Positions 53,501 through 61,752 of a stretch of 64,000 bases of DNA are shown piece by piece. The position numbers were made by a program, and so were the translations under genes. Source of the stretch: Obrimoposthia wandeli. Lineage: Eukaryota. Under the pieces are notes generated by a model that was not told where the DNA came from, made no database searches, and saw only the letters and a list, made by a program, of their open reading frames with translations. How positions within the stretch are numbered: position 1 is the stretch's first letter; each line of letters starts with the position of its first letter. Location: contig CDROCS010001143.1 of NCBI GenBank assembly GCA_977020255.1, positions 186,001-250,000 of the forward strand, given 5' to 3'.

Positions 53501-53733
53501 CCTTTGTGCTAGGGGTTGTTCCTTTAGTTCTTGCCACCGGTGCTGGTTCTGCCAGTCGAAGAGCAATTGGTACAGGTGTACTTGGCGGTATGTTATCCGC
53601 CACGGTACTCGCCGTCTTATTTGTACCTGTATTTTATATACTAGTGAGAAAATTCTTTCCTGCAAAACCTTCTAGAGCAGAATTAGAAAATCAGACAGTG
53701 AGTGAATCAAGCACTACCTCGGAGAAAGTTTAA
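50536..53733 (+). CDS. RND multidrug efflux transporter (AcrB/MexB-like, HAE1)
   Basis: FFIDRP, GIVVDDAILVVEN, TKNAIVIVEF and RFRPILMTS motifs; proton-relay residues present. Confidence 0.96.
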   Translation: MPQFFIDRPKFAWVIAILISIAGYLALQQLPISAYPSIAPPQVTINAVYPGASAKTIEDTVTSVIESEMNGIDGLKYISSESSRAGTASIKLTFETGTDTSIAGVDIQNRLKRVESNLPAAVTQQGVKIDKTRPDFLMILALYSPKGTYDATALADYIDANILGEIRRVEGIGSANLFGSKYAMRIWLDPKKMASFSITYTEVVNALRTQNAQLATGELGALPSPSIQQLNATVIVPSRISTAAEFGNVILRSSSQGAVVHLRDVARVERGAQSYATQVVLNGQSAAAFSTKLSSTGNALLAAQAIKNKMDELKEFFPEDIEWMSPYDTSLFVDVSIEEVKETLLIAIALVTLVMFVFLQNWRTTIIPLIVVPISLIGTAIGLYLLNFSLNMLTLFGMVLAIGIVVDDAILVVENIQRLMEEEGLSPYQATKKSMRQISGAVIGTTAVLVAVYVPMAFISGSVGQIYQQFSMTIIVSVVISSFLALSLTPAIAQGLLRAKKNNKNTSPGPIARALSLPGRVFNNLFAKLTSLYMRLVKAMLTTVGLIISMLLFIAIGVYDYQQFNSLPKGFVPSEDQGFIVTGSLLPSGATQSRTKALSEKTDAWLRAQPEVKDIITVLGFGFLGSGQNTSITFANLHPWAQRTAKGQRDADTLVANTSKAFQRFIGDGIVFAFNMPPIPGLGNDNGFDFRLQDRSGSSDLNLLTQATYQLMGLAAKAPDKVVGLRPNTLPPAPQLKIDIDRVKARSLEIDLENLNSTLQVAMGSAYVNDYIESGKVHQVWVQADQETRSSEEGIMSLQIRNTLGGLVDLKEIATATWVQGPAKLTRYNGVPSMPISGSPAPGASSGDALAAMEAFAAQLPKGISYEWSGQSLEEKISGGQTLFVFSLSIVIVFLVLVALYESWAVPISVMLVVPLGVLGCVLAVAMQGMNNDVYFTVGLITIIGLSTKNAIVIVEFARDLQHEGKNAYDAVIEACKLRFRPILMTSFAFVLGVVPLVLATGAGSASRRAIGTGVLGGMLSATVLAVLFVPVFYILVRKFFPAKPSRAELENQTVSESSTTSEKV

Positions 53734-55299
53734 ATGCCATTATTTCGATCATCATTGTTGCTAGTTAGCATAATTGCTATTTCGGGCTGTGCTAATTACC
53801 TACCTAATTTTGAGCGCCCTGCAGCGCCAGTAAGTGAGATCATCAACAATGCAGCGAAAGGTAAAGTTCAGCAAGTCTCACTAAAAGCGTGGCAGGACTT
53901 TTTCCCCGACGAAAAAACCAAAGCACTCATTACGTTAGCCCTCGAAAACAATCGTGATTTGCATATAGCTGCGGCTAATGTGGCTGAAGCGCAAGGCTTA
54001 TTTCAAATTCAGCGCCAAGCATTAATACCTAATATTGAGGCTCAAGGTGGCTCAACCTATAGTGGTAACTCAAAGAATTTAACCGGTAACAATAATACCA
54101 GTCAAAACTTTATCGCTAATGTTGGCTTTACCTCTTATGAAATTGATTTTTGGGGACGAGTTAAAAGTTTAAAAGAAGCAGCACTTGCAACTTACTTCGC
54201 GACACTAGAAGCACAACGCTCCAGCCAATTAACCGTTATTTCAAGCACTGCTTCTGCTTACAGCAATTGGTTAGTTGCCACGCAAAAATTACAGCTAGCA
54301 GATCAAACACTAGAAGGGCGTAAAAAATCATTTGCATTAATAGAGCTGCGTGAATCAATTGGTGTAGCCTCAGAATTAGATCTTGCTCAAGCAGATGTTG
54401 CACAACTAACAGTCCAAGCGCAACGAGCACAATTTGTTCGAGCGCTTATTCAAGCTAAAGCCAATCTTGAGCTTTTAGTCGGTAAACCTTTAGCAGCTAT
54501 TTTGCAACAGCCTGCTTTAATCAAAAGCGCAGATTTTGATTTCACTATTCCCAACAAGCTAAGCTCACAATTAATACTCGCAAGACCTGACGTAATGTTA
54601 GCTGAAGAAAAGCTACGCGCAGCCAATGCCAATATTGGCGCAGCTCGTGCAGCTTTTTTACCGCGTATTTCTTTAGTAGGCAGTGCTGGTTTTGCCAGTA
54701 ACGGCTTAAGTAAGTTGTTTTCTTCAGATGCGAAATCTTGGTCTTTTGGACCCGCTATATCAATACCACTATTTGGCAATAGCAATAAAGCCAATTTAGA
54801 GGTGGCTAAAGCACGTAACGAGCGCAGTATTGCCGAATATGAACAAGCAATACAAATTGCTTTTTCAGAGATTTATACTGAACTTGAAAGCCGAAAATCA
54901 AGACTGCTAGAGATAAGCACTAATCAACGCTTAGTGACTGCAGAGCAAAAACGCTTATATTTAGCACAAGAGCGTTACAATGCCGGTCTTGCAAGTTACA
55001 TCGAAGTATTAGACTCACAGCAAAACTTATTTAGCTCACAGCAGTCTTTACTTGATGCGGAGCATGGAGACACGCTATCTATTATTCAGTTGTATCGAGC
55101 ATTAGGTGGTGGGGACGGTTTAAATAGTAGTTTTCGACAGCGTGCAGTCATCAGTAAAAAATCAGCACCTGCACCTAAACATAAACCTATACTTAAGGCA
55201 TCAAAGGAAAAGGCTCAATCTATAAACGTTAAAGCTGTTAAAGCTGTTAAAGCTGTTAAAGCTGTTAAAGCTGTTAAAGCTGTTAAAGCTTCACAATAG
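53734..55299 (+). CDS. Outer membrane efflux factor lipoprotein (OprM/NodT-like)
   Basis: Lipobox ISGC, NNRDL, YEIDFWGR, ANIGAARAAFLP and LYRALGGG motifs. Confidence 0.94.
   Translation: MPLFRSSLLLVSIIAISGCANYLPNFERPAAPVSEIINNAAKGKVQQVSLKAWQDFFPDEKTKALITLALENNRDLHIAAANVAEAQGLFQIQRQALIPNIEAQGGSTYSGNSKNLTGNNNTSQNFIANVGFTSYEIDFWGRVKSLKEAALATYFATLEAQRSSQLTVISSTASAYSNWLVATQKLQLADQTLEGRKKSFALIELRESIGVASELDLAQADVAQLTVQAQRAQFVRALIQAKANLELLVGKPLAAILQQPALIKSADFDFTIPNKLSSQLILARPDVMLAEEKLRAANANIGAARAAFLPRISLVGSAGFASNGLSKLFSSDAKSWSFGPAISIPLFGNSNKANLEVAKARNERSIAEYEQAIQIAFSEIYTELESRKSRLLEISTNQRLVTAEQKRLYLAQERYNAGLASYIEVLDSQQNLFSSQQSLLDAEHGDTLSIIQLYRALGGGDGLNSSFRQRAVISKKSAPAPKHKPILKASKEKAQSINVKAVKAVKAVKAVKAVKAVKASQ
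55228..55290 (+). repeat. Perfect 9-bp tandem repeat (GTTAAAGCT)x7 encoding (VKA)7
   Basis: Counted directly: 63 bp, in frame, just before the OMF stop codon. Confidence 0.97.
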
Positions 55300-55412
55300 A
55301 GCGTACTGACAATAAGCACACAAACAAGCAGAAAATTATTTGAAATGGGCTAGCGATAATAAAGAACAAATTCTTAGGTTTGTTCTTTATTATTAGTAAT
55401 ATTTGTTACGCT

Positions 55413-56240
55413 TTATGCACCTTTAGGTGTAGCTATGCGCTGATCAATATCATAGGTTGATCCACTACTAAGAATATGTAGTTTTATCCCAATAAGTGTC
55501 ACGGCTTGCTTACGAGATGCCTCAGCCATAGAGCTGTGCGTTATCTCAGATGGATCAATAACCGTTATTCCGCCTGAACCTACCACTTCTAATACATTAT
55601 CGGGCCCAATAAAAGCGGCTGTATCTTCATCAATCCCAAGACCTGAAACAAACGGATTATAAGACACCGCAGAGAGTAATCGACCTAAACGATTACGCTG
55701 ACTAAAATGCTGGTCGAGTATCAGTTTATTAATCAGCCCCATACCTGGCGCAAAAGTCACTCCATCTTCATTAGGTAATGAGCCTGTTGCTCCACCCGCA
55801 ATCATATGTGCAGGCATAATGGCAGCACCTGCTGATGTACCTGCGACATGCACCCCCGCAGCATTCGCGCGGCGAATGATCTGAGCAATCGGTGTGCCGC
55901 CTAAAATAGTAGATAAACGTAACTGATTACCACCTGTAATAAAGATGCCCGTCGCTTGCTCTAATAATGCTATATGTGCAACATCATTTGCAGCTTCACG
56001 ATTGTCTATATTTAATGACAGAGCATTCTTAACTCCAAGCTTTGCAAAAACTTGTTCGTAATTTTCACCAGTATCAGCCAATTTCGAGGCAGTGGGTATA
56101 ATCACAATAAATGCATTTTCTGCTCCGCATAATTTTACAAACTTTTGCAAAATCACTGGATTTTTTTCGCGCTCTTCAGCACCACCAATAGGAATAACAT
56201 AACCGCGTTGCTCACCATTGGCAACTTTAGCTGGACACAT
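55413..56240 (-). CDS. cphB: Cyanophycinase (S51), intracellular type
   Basis: IPIGGAE, FITGGNQLRL, GTSAGA (catalytic Ser), DQHFSQRNRLGRL and GIDEDTA motifs; no signal peptide. Confidence 0.93.
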   Translation of the reverse strand: MCPAKVANGEQRGYVIPIGGAEEREKNPVILQKFVKLCGAENAFIVIIPTASKLADTGENYEQVFAKLGVKNALSLNIDNREAANDVAHIALLEQATGIFITGGNQLRLSTILGGTPIAQIIRRANAAGVHVAGTSAGAAIMPAHMIAGGATGSLPNEDGVTFAPGMGLINKLILDQHFSQRNRLGRLLSAVSYNPFVSGLGIDEDTAAFIGPDNVLEVVGSGGITVIDPSEITHSSMAEASRKQAVTLIGIKLHILSSGSTYDIDQRIATPKGA

Positions 56241-56969
56241 ACTAACCTCTAATTTTGTTCTTTTAAATTTACCGCTGATTATAGAAATCACGAATAACAA
56301 CTTTTAATAGCCTTGCTATCAGAAATATACATTGACTATGTTTAAACACTTACCCGTTAACTCTTTTTATCTAAAAAATCCATACAGAACTATCTTTTAT
56401 AACAAATCTAATTAAAGATTCATTATCATCCAGCATTCATATTGGGAAAGAGTGCACATCTAATTTTGGAATACTATCCTGATTGGATATCACAGGTGAA
56501 AGTGGTAAATTGAAACTATAGTTTAGTACAACACAGTAAATGATTGCTATCAATTCACCATCTTAAAACTGCGCATCACTATATAACCTATTCAACGCAC
56601 AAGATAGCTAAAGCTTAGTTATGCACTCAATAGCCAAGCCTTAAATAGCTAATAAATTAAACCTCTCATAATTTAAAACTTATTCTTGATCTTTATTGTG
56701 CATACTGGTTTATAGAGTTATAAAAGATTAAATAGCAGGAAAACAACTATATTGAAACTATTTTCAGTGCACTTAATCTTTAAACTAAAAATTATTGATC
56801 TTAATACCATTTACTCAGCTTTAAGTCGAAAAGAAGCAATACTATTTATTACAGTACCCGTAAATTGTCACTGTTAATCTTCGACTAGCTACACATTATC
56901 CTTTTACAGCGTCAATTTTATTTAAAAGAAAATTGATATAGCGTCATTCTAATAATAAAAAGGTGATCT

Positions 56970-59774
56970 ATGAAAATCATTTCCTCCAATGTCTATGTCG
57001 GCCCTAACCAATACGCACACTTCCCTGTAATTCGCCATATTATCGATATTGGTATTTTAGAGAACTATCCCTCTGTTAAGCTTGGTACTGATTTTACCCA
57101 AAATTTAACTAAACTACTGCCAGGCTTATCTGAGCACGGTTGCTCTTATCGTACTGAAGGGGGGTTTCTACGCCGCCTCACTGAAGACGAAGGCACATGG
57201 ATGGGCCATATTTGGGAGCATGTTGTGCTTGAACTACAATCGATGGCAGGGGCTGATGTTACTTTTGGCCGAACCCGCAGTACTGATACTGTTGGTCAAT
57301 ACACAATGGTCTTTGAATATAAACAGCGCGATGTAGGGTTAGAAGCCGCCAAGCTTGCAAGACAATTATTAATCTCACTCATAGATCCCCTACTAGTACC
57401 CCAGCTAAGCACGCCTATCGATGAGGATTTCAACTTTGAAGAATCTCTATTCAGTTTTATACGTTTTGCCCAGCGTAAAGAATTAGGCCCAAGTACTGCC
57501 TCTATCGTTAATGCAGCCCATGAGCGCGGCATCCCTTGGCAACGTTTGAATAACTATAGTTTGATCCAGTTCGGTCAAGGCAAATACCAAGAGCGCATTC
57601 AAGCCACTATTACCAGCCATACTAATCACATCGCCGTTGAACTGTCTTGTGATAAGGAAGATACCCATCAATTACTGAATAATTTAGGTCTGCCGGTTCC
57701 TCAACAACGTATGGTGCATTCAGAGAAAGAAGCGATACGCGCCGCTCATCGAATTGGTTTCCCAGTGGTGCTTAAACCCTTGAACGCCAATCATGGTCGC
57801 GGCGTCTCTATTAATTTATTAGATGATGAACAAGTTAAAGCAGCCTTCGAACATGCACAAGAGCACAGCACCAGCCGCGCTATCTTAGTAGAGTCTTTCC
57901 TGCAGGGATTAGATCACCGTATGTTGGTGGTCAATAACGAGCTAGTGGCCGTTGCAAAGCGTGTTCCCGGCCATGTCAAAGGTGATGGCGCAAGTAGTGT
58001 TACTCAATTAATCGATATTGTGAACAGCGATCCAAGACGCGGCATAGGCCACGCTAAAGTGTTGACCCGTTTAGAGCTAGATCATCAAGCTAAAAGATTA
58101 CTCAGCGAAGCGAATTACACTGCTGATACCATTTTGGTAAAAGACGAAATATTTTACTTGCGCTCTACTGCCAATCTTTCCACTGGCGGCACCGCTATAG
58201 ATATGACTGATTCTGTGCACCCAGATAACATCGTCATGGCAGAACGAGCCATTAGAGCGATAGGTTTAGATGTCGGTGGCGTTGATTTTTTAACCAGTGA
58301 TATTACTCAATCCTACAAAGAAGTGGGCGGTGGCATTGTAGAAGTTAACGCAGCGCCTGGCTTTAGAATGCACGTTGCCCCAAGTGAAGGCAAACCACGC
58401 GACGTTGCCGGCAAAGTGATGGATATGCTGTTTCCAGAGGGCGCACCGAGCCGTATTCCTATCGCAGCGATTACCGGCACGAACGGTAAGACAACCACCT
58501 CACGTATGTTATCGCACATCTTAAAAGCCGCCGGTCACATTGTCGGTATGACCTCCACAGATGGTGTCTACATTGATGGTCATTTATCCGTTAAAGGGGA
58601 TATGACAGGCCCTGTTTCATCACAAATTGTATTGCGAGACCCTTGTGTTGATATCGCCGTATTAGAAACCGCTCGCGGTGGTATTGTGCGCGCAGGTTTA
58701 GGTTATCAAGAGACCGACGTATCCGCTGTTTTAAATGTCGCAGAAGATCACTTAGGCATGCGTGGTGTCGATAGAATCGAGCAACTAGCAGAGATCAAAC
58801 GTATTGTCGTAGAAGTAGCAAAAGATACTGCGGTGCTCAATGCAGATGATAATTTATGCCTACAGATGGCTGATTACACTCAAGCTAAGCATCTATGCTA
58901 CGTCACTATGAATTCTGCTCACGGCTTAGTGCGCGAGCATATACGCTCAGGTGGTCGAGCAGTGGTACTAGAAGCGGGCATCAATGGCGAAATGATCACT
59001 ATTTACGATAAAGGTGCTCATATACCTTTGCTATGGACCCATTTAATTCCAGCAACCCTTGAAGGCAAAGCCACACACAACGTGCAAAATGCCATGTTTG
59101 CCGCGGCACTAGCTTTTAGCTTACATAAATCGCTGGAAGATATTCGCCACGGATTGCGTACTTTTGCCACTACCTTCTTCCAAGCACCAGGGAGAATGAA
59201 TGTTTATGATGAGTATGATTTCAGAGTCATTTTGGATTATGCACACAACGCAGATGGCATTCAAAAAATGAGTGAGCTCGCGTCTAAGCTTGAAACTCAA
59301 GGACGGCGCATAGCGGTTATCGCAGGCCCTGGGGATCGTCGTGATAAGGACCTAGTCAATATTGCAAAAGCCGCTGCTGGACATTTTGATTACTATATTT
59401 GTAAAGCCGATGATAACCGCCGTGGGCGTACCGATAGTGAAGTACCTGATATCATTGCAGCTGCCCTACTTGCACAAGGCATTGATCAGAGCAATATAAT
59501 TGTCATAAGCGATGAGCAAAAAGCCATTAGCCATGGTTTAGAAAGTGCTCAAAAAGGTGATTTATTAATGATCTTTGGCGACGCTATTACTCGCTGCTGG
59601 AAACAAATTATTCACTTCAACGACACCTCTGAAAAGTCTGAATCATTTACTGTTAGCGCTGTTCAAGAGTCCGTTTCAGAAATCGATACCTTTGTGTTAG
59701 AAGAAGGCATGATGATTGCTGAAGATGAGCGCGGTGTGCGCATCGTAAATATCCAATCTGAAGAGAGTGATTAG
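56970..59774 (+). CDS. cphA: Cyanophycin synthetase (N + ATP-grasp + Mur-ligase domains)
   Basis: GPN.Y start, HGCS...GGF..R...GTWMGHIWEH, GPST, KPLNANHGRGVS, EVNAAPGFRMH, TGTNGKTTT, ETARGG and DYAHN motifs. Confidence 0.96.
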   Translation: MKIISSNVYVGPNQYAHFPVIRHIIDIGILENYPSVKLGTDFTQNLTKLLPGLSEHGCSYRTEGGFLRRLTEDEGTWMGHIWEHVVLELQSMAGADVTFGRTRSTDTVGQYTMVFEYKQRDVGLEAAKLARQLLISLIDPLLVPQLSTPIDEDFNFEESLFSFIRFAQRKELGPSTASIVNAAHERGIPWQRLNNYSLIQFGQGKYQERIQATITSHTNHIAVELSCDKEDTHQLLNNLGLPVPQQRMVHSEKEAIRAAHRIGFPVVLKPLNANHGRGVSINLLDDEQVKAAFEHAQEHSTSRAILVESFLQGLDHRMLVVNNELVAVAKRVPGHVKGDGASSVTQLIDIVNSDPRRGIGHAKVLTRLELDHQAKRLLSEANYTADTILVKDEIFYLRSTANLSTGGTAIDMTDSVHPDNIVMAERAIRAIGLDVGGVDFLTSDITQSYKEVGGGIVEVNAAPGFRMHVAPSEGKPRDVAGKVMDMLFPEGAPSRIPIAAITGTNGKTTTSRMLSHILKAAGHIVGMTSTDGVYIDGHLSVKGDMTGPVSSQIVLRDPCVDIAVLETARGGIVRAGLGYQETDVSAVLNVAEDHLGMRGVDRIEQLAEIKRIVVEVAKDTAVLNADDNLCLQMADYTQAKHLCYVTMNSAHGLVREHIRSGGRAVVLEAGINGEMITIYDKGAHIPLLWTHLIPATLEGKATHNVQNAMFAAALAFSLHKSLEDIRHGLRTFATTFFQAPGRMNVYDEYDFRVILDYAHNADGIQKMSELASKLETQGRRIAVIAGPGDRRDKDLVNIAKAAAGHFDYYICKADDNRRGRTDSEVPDIIAAALLAQGIDQSNIIVISDEQKAISHGLESAQKGDLLMIFGDAITRCWKQIIHFNDTSEKSESFTVSAVQESVSEIDTFVLEEGMMIAEDERGVRIVNIQSEESD

Positions 59775-59934
59775 GAGGTTATCCGAGAACAGACTGATCT
59801 ACTGCGAACCAATCTATTTGGCCAAATTTAACGCTCATTTTCGTTAATTAGAACAACTATTCGCCTCAAATGACCCTTTAATTTGACTAAAACAGCCTGG
59901 TTCTCGCTACAATCGCAGTTCTCGGACAGCCTCC
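59774..59934. mobile_element. MITE-like element, family B, copy 2 (intact ends)
   Basis: Imperfect TIRs GGAGGTTATCCGAGAAC / GTTCTCGGACAGCCTCC flanked by TA on both sides; homologous copy at 41348-41497. Confidence 0.8.
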
Positions 59935-59957
59935 TAGTCGCTAGGAGAGATTCATAA

Positions 59958-61685
59958 ATGCAACCAATACAATTAATTTTAGATGACTGTCGACGCTTAA
60001 CTGGCAAGAATTTATTATGGGATGCACCTGGCGCTATTATCGATGCTTATGTCACTGGCATTGATAAAAACGAAGTAATCAAATGCTGGCAAGCCAACGT
60101 AACAAGCCTTTTACAGGCAGTTGGCTGGCAAGAACAACAATGTTGCTCTCGCATTTTTGATACCGGTGTCAACTTAGCTATTAGTGCTCCCTTAGATGGT
60201 TTATACGCTGCCACTACGTTGAACGAATTCGCGTGGAAAATGCTAGAGCAACACTTTGAAATTTCAAATGATGAAAGTGAAGCACCACTGGTGTTCGAGC
60301 AGTTGGTAGCAACTATCAAGCAAGAAATTGATGATGAGCGCAACCCGCGCTTACTGGAACTAATCGCACAAGCTGATTCCCAACAAGTACCTTGGCTAGT
60401 GGATGATGATGAATTTTCACTAGGCTTTGGTGCTAGCACCAAGATTTGGCCGATCACTGAGTTACCTAACCCTAGTCGAGTTGATTGGGCTAACTACACA
60501 AGAGTACCTTGTGTGTATGTTACTGGCACCAATGGTAAATCGACCACTGTTCGTTTGTTCTCGCATGTTTTAACCACCAGCGGACTTTGTTGCGGTGTCA
60601 CTTCAACAGATTTTATCAGAGTGGGTAAAAAGATAGTCGATCACGGTGATTACTCAGGCCCAAGCGGTGCGCGTATGTTATTACGCGAAAAGAGCCTACA
60701 AGCGGCAGTATTGGAAGTCGCCCGTGGCGGATTACTACGTCGTGGCTTACCAATAGAGCAAGTCGATGCCGCTATTATCACCAATGTGGCAGAAGATCAC
60801 TTAGGCCAATACGGCATCAATGATTTGGCAGGCCTAGTGCAAACCAAATTTATGGTCGCTAAAGGCTTAAGCGATAACGCACCTTTAATTCTTAATGCTG
60901 ATGATTCAGGCATAGTGGCTTATGTACAAGCAAACCGCCAACAATTAACCAAAAATATTCACTGGTTTGCGCTGTTAAAAGATAACCCTATGATCCAACA
61001 ATGCCTAAAGCAAACTATTCCTGTTAGCTATACTGAGCAAGGCGAATTCATTTATCACGACGGTAATCAACCGCAAGCATTATTAAAAGTAGCTGATGTG
61101 CCGATGACCTTTGGCGGTGCCGCTGTACACAATGTTCATAACGCCTTAGGGTGTATTGCTTTAAGTAAATCGCTAGCTATTAGCAATGAGCACATAGTAC
61201 AAGCACTTGAAAGTTTTAAGAGTGACAACGAGGATAACCCTGGGCGCGGTAATGTTTTTCTCATTAATGAAGCGACCGTCATAGTTGATTTCGCACATAA
61301 TGTGCACAGCATGCAAGCGATGCAAAAAATGCTTAATACCATGCCTGCTAAGCGCAAAACGTTGATGCTAGGACATGCGGGAGATAGGAGCGATGCTGAA
61401 ATAACCGCTTTAACCGAATGCATTTTAGCGATAGCACCTGATCAGCTAATGATAGTGGAAAACCCCGACTATTTACGCGGACGAGCACTAGGTGATATTC
61501 CCGCTATTATTGCACAGTGTGCACTAGCCAAGAATATGCGTGAAGATCAAATATTCTATGCAGATGATCCTTTAAACGGCGTTAAAAAAATAATAGAAAA
61601 TATTCAAGCAGATGATTTAGTTTTTCTTATGGTATTGAGCCAAAGAGACTCTATTGTCCCTTTATTGCAAGCTCAATCAAATTAG
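59958..61685 (+). CDS. CphA-like Mur-ligase protein lacking the ATP-grasp core
   Basis: RRLTGKNLLW N-terminus and VPW..SLGFG block, followed directly by TGTNGKSTT, EVARGG, NVAEDHLG, LNADD, PGRGN, DFAHN and GDRSD. Confidence 0.85.
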   Translation: MQPIQLILDDCRRLTGKNLLWDAPGAIIDAYVTGIDKNEVIKCWQANVTSLLQAVGWQEQQCCSRIFDTGVNLAISAPLDGLYAATTLNEFAWKMLEQHFEISNDESEAPLVFEQLVATIKQEIDDERNPRLLELIAQADSQQVPWLVDDDEFSLGFGASTKIWPITELPNPSRVDWANYTRVPCVYVTGTNGKSTTVRLFSHVLTTSGLCCGVTSTDFIRVGKKIVDHGDYSGPSGARMLLREKSLQAAVLEVARGGLLRRGLPIEQVDAAIITNVAEDHLGQYGINDLAGLVQTKFMVAKGLSDNAPLILNADDSGIVAYVQANRQQLTKNIHWFALLKDNPMIQQCLKQTIPVSYTEQGEFIYHDGNQPQALLKVADVPMTFGGAAVHNVHNALGCIALSKSLAISNEHIVQALESFKSDNEDNPGRGNVFLINEATVIVDFAHNVHSMQAMQKMLNTMPAKRKTLMLGHAGDRSDAEITALTECILAIAPDQLMIVENPDYLRGRALGDIPAIIAQCALAKNMREDQIFYADDPLNGVKKIIENIQADDLVFLMVLSQRDSIVPLLQAQSN

Positions 61686-61703
61686 TAAAGTAATTTAAAT
61701 AAG

Positions 61704-61741
61704 TTGAATTAGATAAGCTTTATGACACTAATCTAATTCAA
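61704..61741. terminator. Hairpin between convergent genes
   Basis: TTGAATTAGAT...ATCTAATTCAA 11-bp inverted repeat. Confidence 0.45.
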
Positions 61742-61752
61742 CGAATAATCCA

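Noticed and set aside
56241-56969. NtrC, sigma54 or ARG boxes for the cph genes
   Set aside because: Only half-sites (GTGCA) or wrongly spaced TGA..ATTCA motifs were found.
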